From contig QPMI01000004.1 of the NCBI GenBank assembly GCA_004431415.1, positions 83,503 through 147,502 of the forward strand: a stretch of 64,000 bases of DNA, written 5' to 3'. Position numbers and translations under genes: made by a program. Of this stretch, positions 46,918-59,100 are shown one piece after another (the stretch's first letter is position 1; every line of letters starts with the position of its first letter). Under the pieces are notes generated by a model, which ran no database searches, was not told the origin of the DNA, and saw nothing but the letters and a program-made list of their open reading frames with translations. The stretch is from Cyanophora paradoxa CCMP329 (taxonomy: Eukaryota; Plantae; Glaucophyta).

Positions 46918-49900
46918 TCTGTGGGCCCTACAGGAATTCAAACAGACCAGGGCTAAGAAGGAGTGAACCCAGGAAACACTCAAGTCCCCAAACACTCGGT
47001 GGGGGTCCCACTTGGAAGGGCAGAGCCTTTTAGAGGGCCTCTGCTGGGCAGGGTGCACCTGCCTAAGGCTAGCGCCTTGTGCATGTTCCCCATGGAAAGT
47101 GTTTGTGTGCACCTGACCTTGCTGTTAAGGGCCCAATGGGAATTCAAACTGACCAGGGCTAAGAGGGAGTGAACCCAGGAAACATGCAAGTCCCCAAACA
47201 ATCGGCGGGGGTCCCACTCGGAACAATGGAACTTCTTAGAGGGCCTCTGGTGGGCAGGGTGCACCTGCCTAAGGCTAGCGCCTTGTGCATGTTCCCCCTG
47301 GAAAGTGTTTGTGTGCACCTGACCTTGCTGTTGTGGGCCCAACGGGAATTCAAACTGACCAGGGCTAAGAGGGAGTGAACCCAGGAAACACTCAAGTCCC
47401 CAAACACTCGGTGGGGGTCCCACTCGGAAGGGCAGAGCCTCTTGGAGGGCCTCTGGTGGGCAGGGTGCACCTGCCTTAGGCTAGCGCCTTGTGCATGTTC
47501 TCCCTGGAAAGTGTTTGTGTGCACCTGACCTTGCTGTTGTGGGCCCGACGGGAATTCAAACTGACCAGGGCTAAGAGGGAGTGAACCCAGGAAACACTCA
47601 AGTCCCCAAACACTCAATGGGGCTCCCACTTGGAAGGGCAGAGCCTCTTAGAGGGCCTCTGCTGGGCAGGGTGCACCTGCCTAAGGCTAGCGCCTTGTGC
47701 ATGTTCCCCCTAAGTGTTTGTGTGCACCTGACCTTGCTGTTGTGGGCCCAACGGGAATTCAAACTGACCAGGGCTAAGAGGGAGTGAACCCAGGAAACAC
47801 TCAAGTCCCCAAACAATCGGTGGGGGTCCCACTCGGAACAATGGAACTTCTTACAGGGCCTCTGCTGGGCAGGGTGCACCTGCCTAAGGCTAGCGCCTTG
47901 TGCATGTTCCCCCTGGAAAGTGTTTGTGTGCACCTGACCTTGCTGTTGTGGGCCCAACAGGAATTCAAACTGACCGGGCCCAACAGGAATTCAAACTGAC
48001 CAGGGCTAAGAAGGAGTGAACCCAGGAAACACTCAAGTCCCCAAACACTAGGTGGGGGTCCCACTTGGAAGGGCACAGCCTCTTAGAGGGCCTCTGCTGG
48101 GCAGGGTGCACCTGCCTAAGGCTAGCGCCTTGTGCATGTTCTCCCTGGAAAGTGTTTGTGTGCACCTGACCTTGCTATTGTGGGCCCAACGGGAATTCAA
48201 ACTGACCAGGGCTAAGAAGGAGTGAACCCAGGAAACATGCAAGTCCCCAAACACTAGGTGGGGGTCCCACTTGGAAGGGCAGAGCCTCTTAAAGGGCCTC
48301 TGCTGGGCAGGGTGCACCTGCCTAAGGCTAGCGCCTTGTGCATGTTCCCCCTGGAAAGTGTTTGTGTGCACCTGACCTTGCTGTTGTGGGCCCAACGGGA
48401 ATTCAAACTGACCAGGGCTAAGAAGGAGTGAACCCAGGAAACACTCAAGTCCCCAAACACTAGGTGGGGGTCCCACTTGGAAGGGCAGAGCCTCTTAGAG
48501 GGCCTCTGCTGGGCAGGGTGCACCTGCCTAAGGCTAGCGCCTTGTGCATGTTCCCCCTGGAAAGTGTTTGTGTGCACCTGACCTGCTGTTGTGGGCCCAA
48601 CGGGAATTCAAACTGACCAGGGCTAAGAGGGAGTGAACCCAGGAAACATGCAAGTCCCCAAACACTCGGCGGGGGTCCCACTCGGAAGGGCAGAGCCTCT
48701 TAGAGGGCCTCTGCAGGGCAGGGTGCACCTGCCTAAGGCTAGCGCCTTGTGCATGTTCCCCCTGGAAAGTGTTTTTGTGCACCTGACCTCCTGTTGTGGA
48801 CCCGACGGGAATTCAAGCTGACCAGGGCTAAGAAGAAGTGAACCCAGGAAACATTCAAGTCCCCAAACACTCGGCGAGGATCCCACTTGGAAGGGCAGAG
48901 CCTCTTAGAGGGCCTCTGCTGGGCAGGGTGCACCTGCCTAAGGCTAGCGCCTTGTGCATGTTCCCCCTGGAAAGTGTTTGTGTGCACCTGACCTTGCTGT
49001 TGTGGGCCCAACGGGAATTCAAACTGACCAGGGCTAAGAGGGAGTGAACCCAGGAAACACTCAAGTCCCCAAACACTCGGTGGGGGTCCCACTCGGAAGG
49101 GCAGAGCCTCTTGGAGGGCCTCTGGTGGGCAGGGTGCACCTGCCTTAGGCTAGCGCCTTGTGCATGTTCTCCCTGGAAAGTGTTTGTGTGCACCTGACTT
49201 ACTGTTGTGGGCCCGACGGGAATTGAAACTGACCAGGGCTAAGAGGGAGTGAACCCAGGAAACATGCAAGTCCCCAAACACTCAATGGGGCTCCCACTTG
49301 GAAGGGCAGAGCCTCTTAGAGGGCCTCTGCTGGGCAGGGTGCACCTGCCTAAGGCTAGCGCCTTGTGCATGTTCCCCCTGGAAAGTGTTTGTGTGCACCT
49401 GACCTTACTGTTGTGGGCCCAACGGGAATTCAAACTGACCAGGGCTAAGAGGGAGTGAACCCAGGAAACACTCAAGTCCCCAAACAATCGGTGGGGGTCC
49501 CACTCGGAACAATGGAACTTCTTACAGGGCCTCTGCTGGGCAGGGTGCACCTGCCTAAGGCTAGCGCCTTGTGCATGTTCCCCCTGGAAAGTGTTTGTGT
49601 GCACCTGACCTTGCTGTTGTGGGCCCAACAGGAATTCAAACTGACCAGGGCTAAGAGGGAGTGAACCCAGGAAACACTCAAGTCCCCAAACAATCGGTGG
49701 GGGTCCCACTCGGAACAATGGAACTTCTTACAGGGCCTCTGCTGGGCAGGGTGCACCTGCCTAAGGCTAGCGCCTTGTGCATGTTCCCCCTGGAAAGTGT
49801 TTGTGTGCACCTGACCTTGCTGTTGTGGGCCCAACAGGAATTCAAACTGACCGGGCCCAACAGGAATTCAAACTGACCAGGGCTAAGAAGGAGTGAACCC

Positions 49901-50724
49901 AGGAAACACTCAAGTCCCCAAACACTAGGTGGGGGTCCCACTTGGAAGGGCAGAGCCTCTTAGAGGGCCTCTGCTGGGCAGGGTGCACCTGCCTAAGGCT
50001 AGCGCCTTGTGCATGTTCCCCCTGGAAAGTGTTTGTGTGCACCTGACCTTGCTGTTGTGGGCCCAACGGGAATTCAAACTGACCAGGGCTAAGAAGGAGT
50101 GAACCCAGGAAACATGCAAGTCCCCAAACACTAGGTGGGGGTCCCACTTGGAAGGGCAGAGCCTCTTAGAGGGCCTCTGCTGGGCAGGGTGCACCTGCCT
50201 AAGGCTAGCGCCTTGTGCATGTTCCCCCTGGAAAGTGTTTGTGTGCACCTGACCTGCTGTTGTGGGCCCGACGGGAATTCAAACTGACCAGGGCTAAGAG
50301 GGAGTGAACCCAGGAAACATGCAAGTCCCCAAACACTCAATGGGGCTCCCACTTGGAAGGGCAGAGCCTCTTAGAGGGCCTCTGCTGGGCAGGGTGCACC
50401 TGCCTAAGGCTAGCGCCTTGTGCATGTTCCCCCTGGAAAGTGTTTGTGTGCACCTGACCTTGCTGTTGTGGGCCCAACGGGAATTCAAACTGACCAGGGC
50501 TAAGAAGGAGTGAACCCAGGAAACACTCAAGTTCCCAAACACTAGGTGGGGGTCCCACTTGGAAGGGCAGAGCCTCTTAGAGGGCCTCTGCTGGGCAGGG
50601 TGCACCTGCCTAAGGCTAGCGCCTTGTGCATGTTCTCCCTGGAAAGTGTTTGTGTGCACCTGACCTCCTGTTGTGGGCCCAACGGGAATTCAAACAGACC
50701 AGGGCTAAGAGGGAGTGAACCCAG
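46918..50724. repeat. ~206-bp tandem satellite, proximal block
   Basis: Unit ...gggcccaacgggaattcaaactgaccagggctaagagggagtgaacccaggaaac...; equivalent positions at 46963, 47169, 47375 and 47581 give a period of 206. Confidence 0.98.
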
Positions 50725-53147
50725 AGAGAGAGAGAGAAATGCAGTAGACACATCCATGCCAGCAAGACTGGGTATGACAAAGCCGCAGAGGCCCCGAATG
50801 GGACGTGCAAGGCCCGTCAGGGACCCACTAGCATGGGGAGTGAGTGGAGCCGCATACAGGACCCTGGGCCACCACCCCCAGGGCGCCAGCAAGGAAATAG
50901 AACACCCTATGTGGACATCCGACGGCGCCACATAGGAAGGGCCTGAATCCCCGTGACGGCCCGCTCCCTGTCAGGCGGCCCGAGGGTATCAGGAGGCCCC
51001 GCAGGGACAAAGAAAAATATAAGGTCAAGTAGTACTCAGGATTACTCATTAAAAGCAGCATCTGCCATACCAACAGAAGAGTTATTAGACTCAGGATCAG
51101 AAAGACGAGTACGCTTGCTAGCAGGAGCATCAGAAGACTGGGCCTGAGCCTGTGCTGCTGCGGACTCACGAGTAATCTGCTGAGCAGTGGCAAAAGCACG
51201 CTGAATGGAATGGAAACGAATGATCTCCTCACGAGTAGTAGAGCTCAAGAAATAGAAAACAGGATCTCGATGAAAGTGGTACAAGACACGCTTATCACCA
51301 GCTGCCCGAAGACTGTAGTAAGGAGTATCAAAGGAGGATTAAGGTCTGTGCATTCCTGGGCAGCCGGAACAGGGCAATCTGCCTCAGAGTGAGCGGAAAA
51401 AGCGGAGAGGCTAGACCATTTCTGAGTAGAAGCCAAAGACATATAATACTGGAGAGCAGAGAATTCCGGTTTGAAGCTATTGAAATGGAAGCGACTGATG
51501 CCACCGGATGTGCCCATAAGACAAGAGAGACTAGCCGAGCAGAAGAGCCATCATCCTTCTTAAGAGGAGAATACTGCTTCATAGCTGCCTTATGAATGGG
51601 ATGAGTAGAAGGGACACGAACAAGAAGACTAAAGCGGCAGCTGAAAGGATGATTCGGGGAGACGGAGTCCCAGGATTCGAAGGTAGGCCGACAAAAGACA
51701 GAAAAACTGCGGCTGTCTGGAGAAGCAGATACAACGTGCTGGAAGGTCTTGATAGGCTGGTGGAACGCTACAAGGCAAACATCAGGGCTGGCTTCGAAGT
51801 CAATGGGAGTATCAGAAAGAGAGATAGTCCGAGTCTTATCGATGTGCCAGCGGGGAGCCGACGCCGCAGAAGTGGACAGGAAGATAGATTCCGGCTCCTG
51901 AAGAGCATGCTGGAAGCTAAGAATTTCAGTGATAAAGTCGTCGCGCGAATATAAGCCGACATGGTTCAAAGAGCTATCTGCCTCAGACATGGCAGAGGTA
52001 GGAGGCTGATAGCCAAATTCATACCAAAAGAAGTGACAAGAACCTTTGGAGGAAGGAGCAAAGGAAGTGGATACAATAGCTGCTGGTAAATTATCAAGTG
52101 CTCGGATAATAGGATCTTTATGGGCTTGTTTGACATTCCGAGAAACTACATGAGTATCAGGGAGAAAACCAAAAAAGGTATTCATGGTGCGACGCTGGGC
52201 CAAAAAGGCATTAATTGCCCCAAGCTGAAGTGCTGGGTGGAGGCGGAAGCGATAAACATCACATTGGCGAGGATTGGTTGGAAAAGCTTCCTGAGTCTTA
52301 GTGTTAATCCAAGATGGCTCAGACTGGGACAGCTGCTGTTCAGCGGTAACAGAAGAGCCCGAAAAGGCAGGAAACTGACAGAGGGCCTCTAGTGAGCCCT
52401 TGCGAGATTTGAAGAAAGTTTCACGATCAAAGGACTTGATACGGCGGACATCAGCAGTCTCGCCCCACACAGGGGTGAAAGAGTACATAAGCTCGATATC
52501 AAGGGCTGCACTGGAGGTAAACTGAGAGAGAGCGGCAACAAGAGCATCACGGCCCAAAGGACAGACTGAAAAAGTGCCATATTTCCGAGGGACAGGGGAA
52601 GTGAGGTAAACTGGCCAGCCGCCAATGACGGGGGCATCAGAGGGAAGCTGAAAGCGAGGAGCAGCAGGACCGCGACGTGGGCCGGAAGCCGATGAGGCAG
52701 AATCTGCAGAGACACCCGCAAACAGGTCCATAACGGAAATACTGGCTGATGGAGCATCCACCCGCGCGTCACGGTGAGAGGCTTGACGAGACATGAGTAG
52801 TGGAGCACAATGCGCACTGCGCAGCAAGCCACTGCACGTATGACAGTCAGCGTCACATCCGATGGCGGGAAGTTCGAATCGGAGAAGTCCGGCGAAGGGC
52901 GAGGCGCATGAAGAAGGTCGCTAGGTGACATGGCACTAGATGACAGAGAGGTAGCCACATCGGGCAAGGGATTGGCACAACGGCCGAGGTAAAAGGCACG
53001 AATGCCGAATTCGGATGCGGCGCATGCGCACGATGGAAGAGGACAGGAGGGAGAGCACCAACCAGTGCGAGGATGCCGCGGCGAGTGGCTAGATGGCCCA
53101 GGAGCAGGCAGGCCCACGCCGGGGGTACAGATCATGTGAAACCTTCC
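50725..53147 (-). mobile_element. 2.4-kb non-autonomous retroposon with a single ORF, inserted in the satellite
   Basis: 15-bp TSD agggagtgaacccag (50710-50724, 53148-53162) derived from the satellite unit. (CT)n 3' tail and 3' stem-loop shared with the copies at 35.9 and 37.6 kb. Confidence 0.9.
51042..52794 (-). CDS. Unknown ~585-aa protein (ORF1-like cargo?), two apparent 1-nt frameshifts
   Basis: ORFs 52827-51328, 51517-51245 and 51284-51042 chain with a consistent T-ending codon bias. The shifts near 51520 and 51330 lie at short T runs. No RT, APE, RLE or CCHC motif was recognised. Confidence 0.65.
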
Positions 53148-56100
53148 AGGGAGTGAACCCAGGAAACATGCAAGTCCCCAAACACTCGGCGGGGGTCCCA
53201 CTTGGAAGGGCAGAGCCTCTTAGAGGGCCTCTGCAGGGCAGGGTGCACCTGCCTAAGGCTAGCACCTCGTGCATGTTCCCCCTGGAAAGTGTTTTTGTGC
53301 ACCTGACCTCCTGTTGTGGACCCGACGGGAATTCAAGCTGACCAGGGCTAAGAAGAAGTGAACCCAGGAAACATTCAAGTCCCCAAACACTCGGCGAGGA
53401 TCCCACTTGGAAGGGCAGAGCCTCTTAGAGGGCCTCTGCTGGGCAGGGTGCACCTGCCTAAGGCTAGCGCCTTGTGCATGTTCCCCCTGGAAAGTGTTTG
53501 TGTGCACCTGACCTTGCTGTTGTGGGCCCAACGGGAATTCAAACTGACCAGGGCTAAGAGGGAGTGAACCCAGGAAACACTCAAGTCCCCAAACACTGGG
53601 CGGGGGTCCCACTCGGAAGGGCAGAGCCTCTTAGAGGGCCTCTGCTGGGCAGGGTGCACCTGCCTAAGGCTAGCGCCTTGTGCATGTTCTCCCTGGAAAG
53701 TGTTTGTGTGCACCTGACTTCCTGTTGTGGGCCCGACGGGAATTCAAACTGACCAGGGCTAAGAGGGAGTGAACCCAGGAAACATTCAAGTCCCCAAACA
53801 CTCAATGGGGCTCCCACTTGGAAGGGCAGAGCCTCTTAGAGGGCCTCTGCTGGGCAGGGTGCACCTGCCTAAGGCTAGCGCCTTGTGCATGTTCCCCCTG
53901 GAAAGTGTTTTGTGCACCTGACTTCCTGTTGTGGGCCCGACGGGAATTCAAACTGACCAGGGCTAAGAGGGAGTGAACCCAGGAAACATGCAAGTCCCCA
54001 AACACTCAATGGGGCTCCCACTTGGAAGGGCAGACCCTCTTAGAGGGCCTCTGCTGGGCAGGGTGCACCTGCCTAAGGCTAGCGCCTTGTGCATGTTCCC
54101 CCTGGAAAGTGTTTTTGTGCACCTGACCTCCTGTTGTGGACCCGACGGGAATTCAAGCTGACCAGGGCTAAGAAGAGTGAACCCAGGAAACATTCAAGTC
54201 CCCAAACACTCGGCGAGGATCCCACTTGGAAGGGCAGAGCCTCTTAGAGGGCCTCTGCTGGGCAGGGTGCACCTGCCTAAGGCTAGCGCCTTGTGCATGT
54301 TCCCCCTGGAAAGTGTTTGTGTGCACCTGACCTTGCTGTTGTGGGCCCAACGGGAATTCAAACTGACCAGGGCTAAGAAGGAGTGAACCCAGGAAACACT
54401 CAAGTCCCCAAACACTCGGTGGGGGTCCCACTTGGAAGGGCAGAGCCTCTTAGAGGGCCTCTGCAGGGCAGGGTGCACCTGCCTAAGGCTAGCGCCTTGT
54501 GCATGTTCCCCCTGGAAAGTGTTTTTGTGCACCTGACCTCCTGTTGTGGCCCGACGGGAATTCAAACTGACCAGGGCTAAGAAGGAGTGAACCCAGGAAA
54601 CATGCAAGTCCCCAAACACTCGGCGAGGATCCCACTTGGAAGGGCAGAGCCTCTTAGAGGGCCTCTGCTGGGCAGGGTGCACCTGCCTAAGGCTAGCGCC
54701 TTGTGCATGTTCCCCTGGAAAGTGTTTGTGTGCACCTGACTTCCTGTTGTGGGCCCGACGGGAATTCAAACTGACCAGGGCTAAGAGGGAGTGAACCCAG
54801 GAAACATGCAAGTCCCCAAACACTAGGGGGGGTCCCACTCGGAAGGGCAGAGCCTCTTAGAGGGCCTCTGCAGGGCAGGGTGCACCTGCCTAAGGCTAGC
54901 GCCTTGTGCATGTTCTCCCTGGAAAGTGTTTGTGTGCACCTGACTTACTGTTGTGGGCCCGACGGGAATTCAAACTGACCAGGGCTAAGAGGGAGTGAAC
55001 CCAGGACACATTCATGTCCCCAAACACTCATGGGGTCCCACTTGGAAGGGCAGAGCCTCTTAGAGGGCCTCTGCTGGGCAGGGTGCACCTGCCTAAGGCT
55101 AGCGCCTTGTGCATGTTCCCCTGAAAGTGTTTGTGTGCACCTGACCTTGCTGTTGTGGGCCCAACGGGAATTCAAACTGACCAGGGCTAAGAGGAGTGAA
55201 CCCAGGAAACATCAAGTCCCAAACACTCGGGGGTCCCACTTGGAAGGGCAGAGCCTCTTAGAGGGCCTCTGCTGGGCAGGGTGCACCTGCCTAAGGCTAG
55301 CGCCTTGTGCATGTTCCCCTGGAAAGTGTTTGTGTTCACCTGACCTTGCTGTTGTGGGCCCAACGGGAATTCAAACTGACCAGGGCTAAGAAGGAGTGAA
55401 CCCAGGAAACATGCAAGTCCCCAAACACTCGGGGGGGTCCCACTCGGAAGGGCAGAGCCTCTTAGAGGGCCTCTGCTGGGCAGGGTGCACCTGCCTAAGG
55501 CTAGCGCCTTGTGCATGTTCCCCTGGAAAGTGTTTGTGTGCACCTGACCTTCTGTTGTGGCCCGACGGGAATTCAAACTGACCAGGGCTAAGAAGGAGTG
55601 AACCCAGGAAACATCAAGTCCCCAAACACTCGTGGGGTCCCACTTGGAAGGGCAGAGCCTCTTAGAGGGCCTCTGCTGGGCAGGGTGCACCTGCCTAAGG
55701 CTAGCGCCTTGTGCATGTTCCCCTGGAAAGTGTTTGTGTGCACCTGACTTGCTGTTGTGGGCCCAACGGGAATTCAAACTGACCAGGGCTAAGAGGAGTG
55801 AACCCAGGAAACATCAAGTCCCCAAACACTCGGGGGGTCCCACTTGGAAGGGCAGAGCCTCTTAGAGGGCCTCTGCTGGGCAGGGTGCACCTGCCTAAGG
55901 CTAGCGCCTTGTGCATGTTCCCCTGGAAAGTGTTTGTGTGCACCTGACCTTCTGTTGTGGGCCCACGGGAATTCAAACTGACCAGGGCTAAGAGGGAGTG
56001 AACCCAGGAAACATCAAGTCCCCAAACACTCGGCGGGGTCCCACTTGGAAGGGCAGAGCCTCTTAGAGGCCTCTGCTGGGCAGGGTGCACCTGCCTAAGG

Positions 56101-59100
56101 CTAGCGCCTTGTGCATGTTCCCCTGGAAAGTGTTTGTGTGCACCTGACTTGCTGTTGTGGGCCCAACGGGAATTCAAACTGACCAGGGCTAAGAGGAGTG
56201 AACCCAGGAAACATGCAAGTCCCCAAACACTCGGCGAGGGTCCCACTCGGAAGGGCAGAGCCTCTTAGAGGGCCTCTGCAGGGCAGGGTGCACCTGCCTA
56301 AGGCTAGCACCTTGTGCATGTTCTCCCTGGAAAGTGTTTGTGTTCACCTGACCTTGCTGTTGTGGGCCCAACGGGAATTCAAACTGACCAGGGCTAAGAG
56401 GGAGTGAACCCAGGAAACATCAAGTCCCCAAACACTCATGGGGTCCCACTTGGAAGGGCAGAGCCTCTTAGAGGCCTCTGCTGGGCAGGGTGCACCTGCC
56501 TAAGGCTAGCGCCTTGTGCATGTTCCCCTGGAAAGTGTTTGTGTGCACCTGACTTGCTGTTGTGGGCCCAACGGGAATTCAAACTGACCAGGGCTAAGAG
56601 GAGTGAACCCAGGAAACATCAAGTCCCCAAACACTCGGGGGTCCCACTTGGAAGGGCAGAGCCTCTTAGAGGGCCTCTGCTGGGCAGGGTGCACCTGCCT
56701 AAGGCTAGCGCCTTGTGCATGTTCTCCCTGGAAAGTGTTTGTGTGCACCTGACTTACTGTTGTGGGCCCAACGGGAATTCAAACTGACCAGGGCTAAGAG
56801 GGAGTGAACCCAGGAAACATGCAAGTCCCCAAACACTCGGCGGGGGTCCCACTCGGAAGGGCAGAGCCTCTTAGAGGGCCTCTGCTGGGCAGGGTGCACC
56901 TGCCTAAGGCTAGCGCCTTGTGCATGTTCCCCCTGGAAAGTGTTTGTGTGCACCTGACTTGCTGTTGTGGGCCCAACGGGAATTCAAACTGACCAGGGCT
57001 AAGAGGGAGTGAACCCAGGAAACATGCAAGTCCCCAAACACTCGGCGGGGTCCCACTCGGAAGGGCAGAGCCTCTTAGAGGGCCTCTGCAGGGCAGGGTG
57101 CACCTGCCTAAGGCTAGCGCCTTGTGCATGTTCCCCCTGGAAAGTGTTTGTGTTCACCTGACCTTGCTGTTGTGGGCCCAACGGGAATTCAAACTGACCA
57201 GGGCTAAGAGGGAGTGAACCCAGGAAACATGCAAGTCCCCAAACACTCGGCGGGGGTCCCACTCGGAAGGGCAGAGCCTCTTAGAGGGCCTCTGCAGGGC
57301 AGGGTGCACCTGCCTAAGGCTAGCGCCTTGTGCATGTTCCCCCTGGAAAGTGTTTGTGTTCACCTGACCTTGCTGTTGTGGGCCCAACGGGAATTCAAAC
57401 TGACCAGGGCTAAGAGGAGTGAACCCAGGAAACATGCAAGTCCCCAAACACTCGGTGGGGTCCCACTTGGAAGGGCAGAGCCTCTTAGAGGCCTCTGCTG
57501 GGCAGGGTGCACCTGCCTAAGGCTAGCGCCTTGTGCATGTTCCCCTGGAAAGTGTTTGTGTGCACCTGACCTTCTGTTGTGGGCCCGACGGGAATTCAAA
57601 CTGACCAGGGCTAAGAGGAGTGAACCCAGGAAACATCAAGTCCCCAAACACTCGGGGGTCCCACTTGGAAGGGCAGAGCCTCTTAGAGGCCTCTGCTGGG
57701 CAGGGTGCACCTGCCTAAGGCTAGCGCCTTGTGCATGTTCCCCTGGAAAGTGTTTGTGTGCACCTGACCTTGCTGTTGTGGGCCCAACGGGAATTCAAAC
57801 TGACCAGGGCTAAGAGGAGTGAACCCAGGAAACATCAAGTCCCCAAACACTCGGGGGTCCCACTTGGAAGGGCAGAGCCTCTTAGAGGGCCTCTGCTGGG
57901 CAGGGTGCACCTGCCTAAGGCTAGCGCCTTGTGCATGTTCCCCTGGAAAGTGTTTGTGTGCACCTGACTTCTGTTGTGGGCCCAACGGGAATTCAAACTG
58001 ACCAGGGCTAAGAGGGAGTGAACCCAGGAAACATCAAGTCCCCAAACACTCGGCGGGTCCCACTTGGAAGGGCAGAGCCTCTTAGAGGGCCTCTGCTGGG
58101 CAGGGTGCACCTGCCTAAGGCTAGCGCCTTGTGCATGTTCCCCTGGAAAGTGTTTGTGTGCACCTGACTTCTGTTGTGGGCCCGACGGGAATTCAAACTG
58201 ACCAGGGCTAAGAGGAGTGAACCCAGGAAACATCAAGTCCCCAAACACTCGGGGGTCCCACTTGGAAGGGCAGAGCCTCTTAGAGGGCCTCTGCTGGGCA
58301 GGGTGCACCTGCCTAAGGCTAGCGCCTTGTGCATGTTCCCCTGGAAAGTGTTTGTGTGCACCTGACCTTGCTGTTGTGGGCCCACGGGAATTCAAACTGA
58401 CCAGGGCTAAGAGGAGTGAACCCAGGAAACATCAAGTCCCCAAACACTCTGGGGTCCCACTTGGAAGGGCAGAGCCTCTTAGAGGCCTCTGCTGGGCAGG
58501 GTGCACCTGCCTAAGGCTAGCGCCTTGTGCATGTTCCCCTGGAAAGTGTTTGTGTGCACCTGACTTGCTGTTGTGGGCCCAACGGGAATTCAAACTGACC
58601 AGGGCTAAGAGGAGTGAACCCAGGAAACATCAAGTCCCCAAACACTCGGGGGTCCCACTTGGAAGGGCAGAGCCTCTTAGAGGCCTCTGCTGGGCAGGGT
58701 GCACCTGCCTAAGGCTAGCGCCTTGTGCATGTTCCCCTGGAAAGTGTTTGTGTGCACCTGACTTCTGTTGTGGGCCCACGGGAATTCAAACTGACCAGGG
58801 CTAAGAGGAGTGAACCCAGGAAACATCAAGTCCCCAAACACTCGGCGGGTCCCACTTGGAAGGGCAGAGCCTCTTAGAGGGCCTCTGCTGGGCAGGGTGC
58901 ACCTGCCTAAGGCTAGCGCCTTGTGCATGTTCCCCTGGAAAGTGTTTGTGTGCACCTGACTTCTGTTGTGGGCCCGACGGGAATTCAAACTGACCAGGGC
59001 TAAGAGGAGTGAACCCAGGAAACATCAAGTCCCCAAACACTCGGGGGTCCCACTTGGAAGGGCAGAGCCTCTTAGAGGCCTCTGCTGGGCAGGGTGCACC

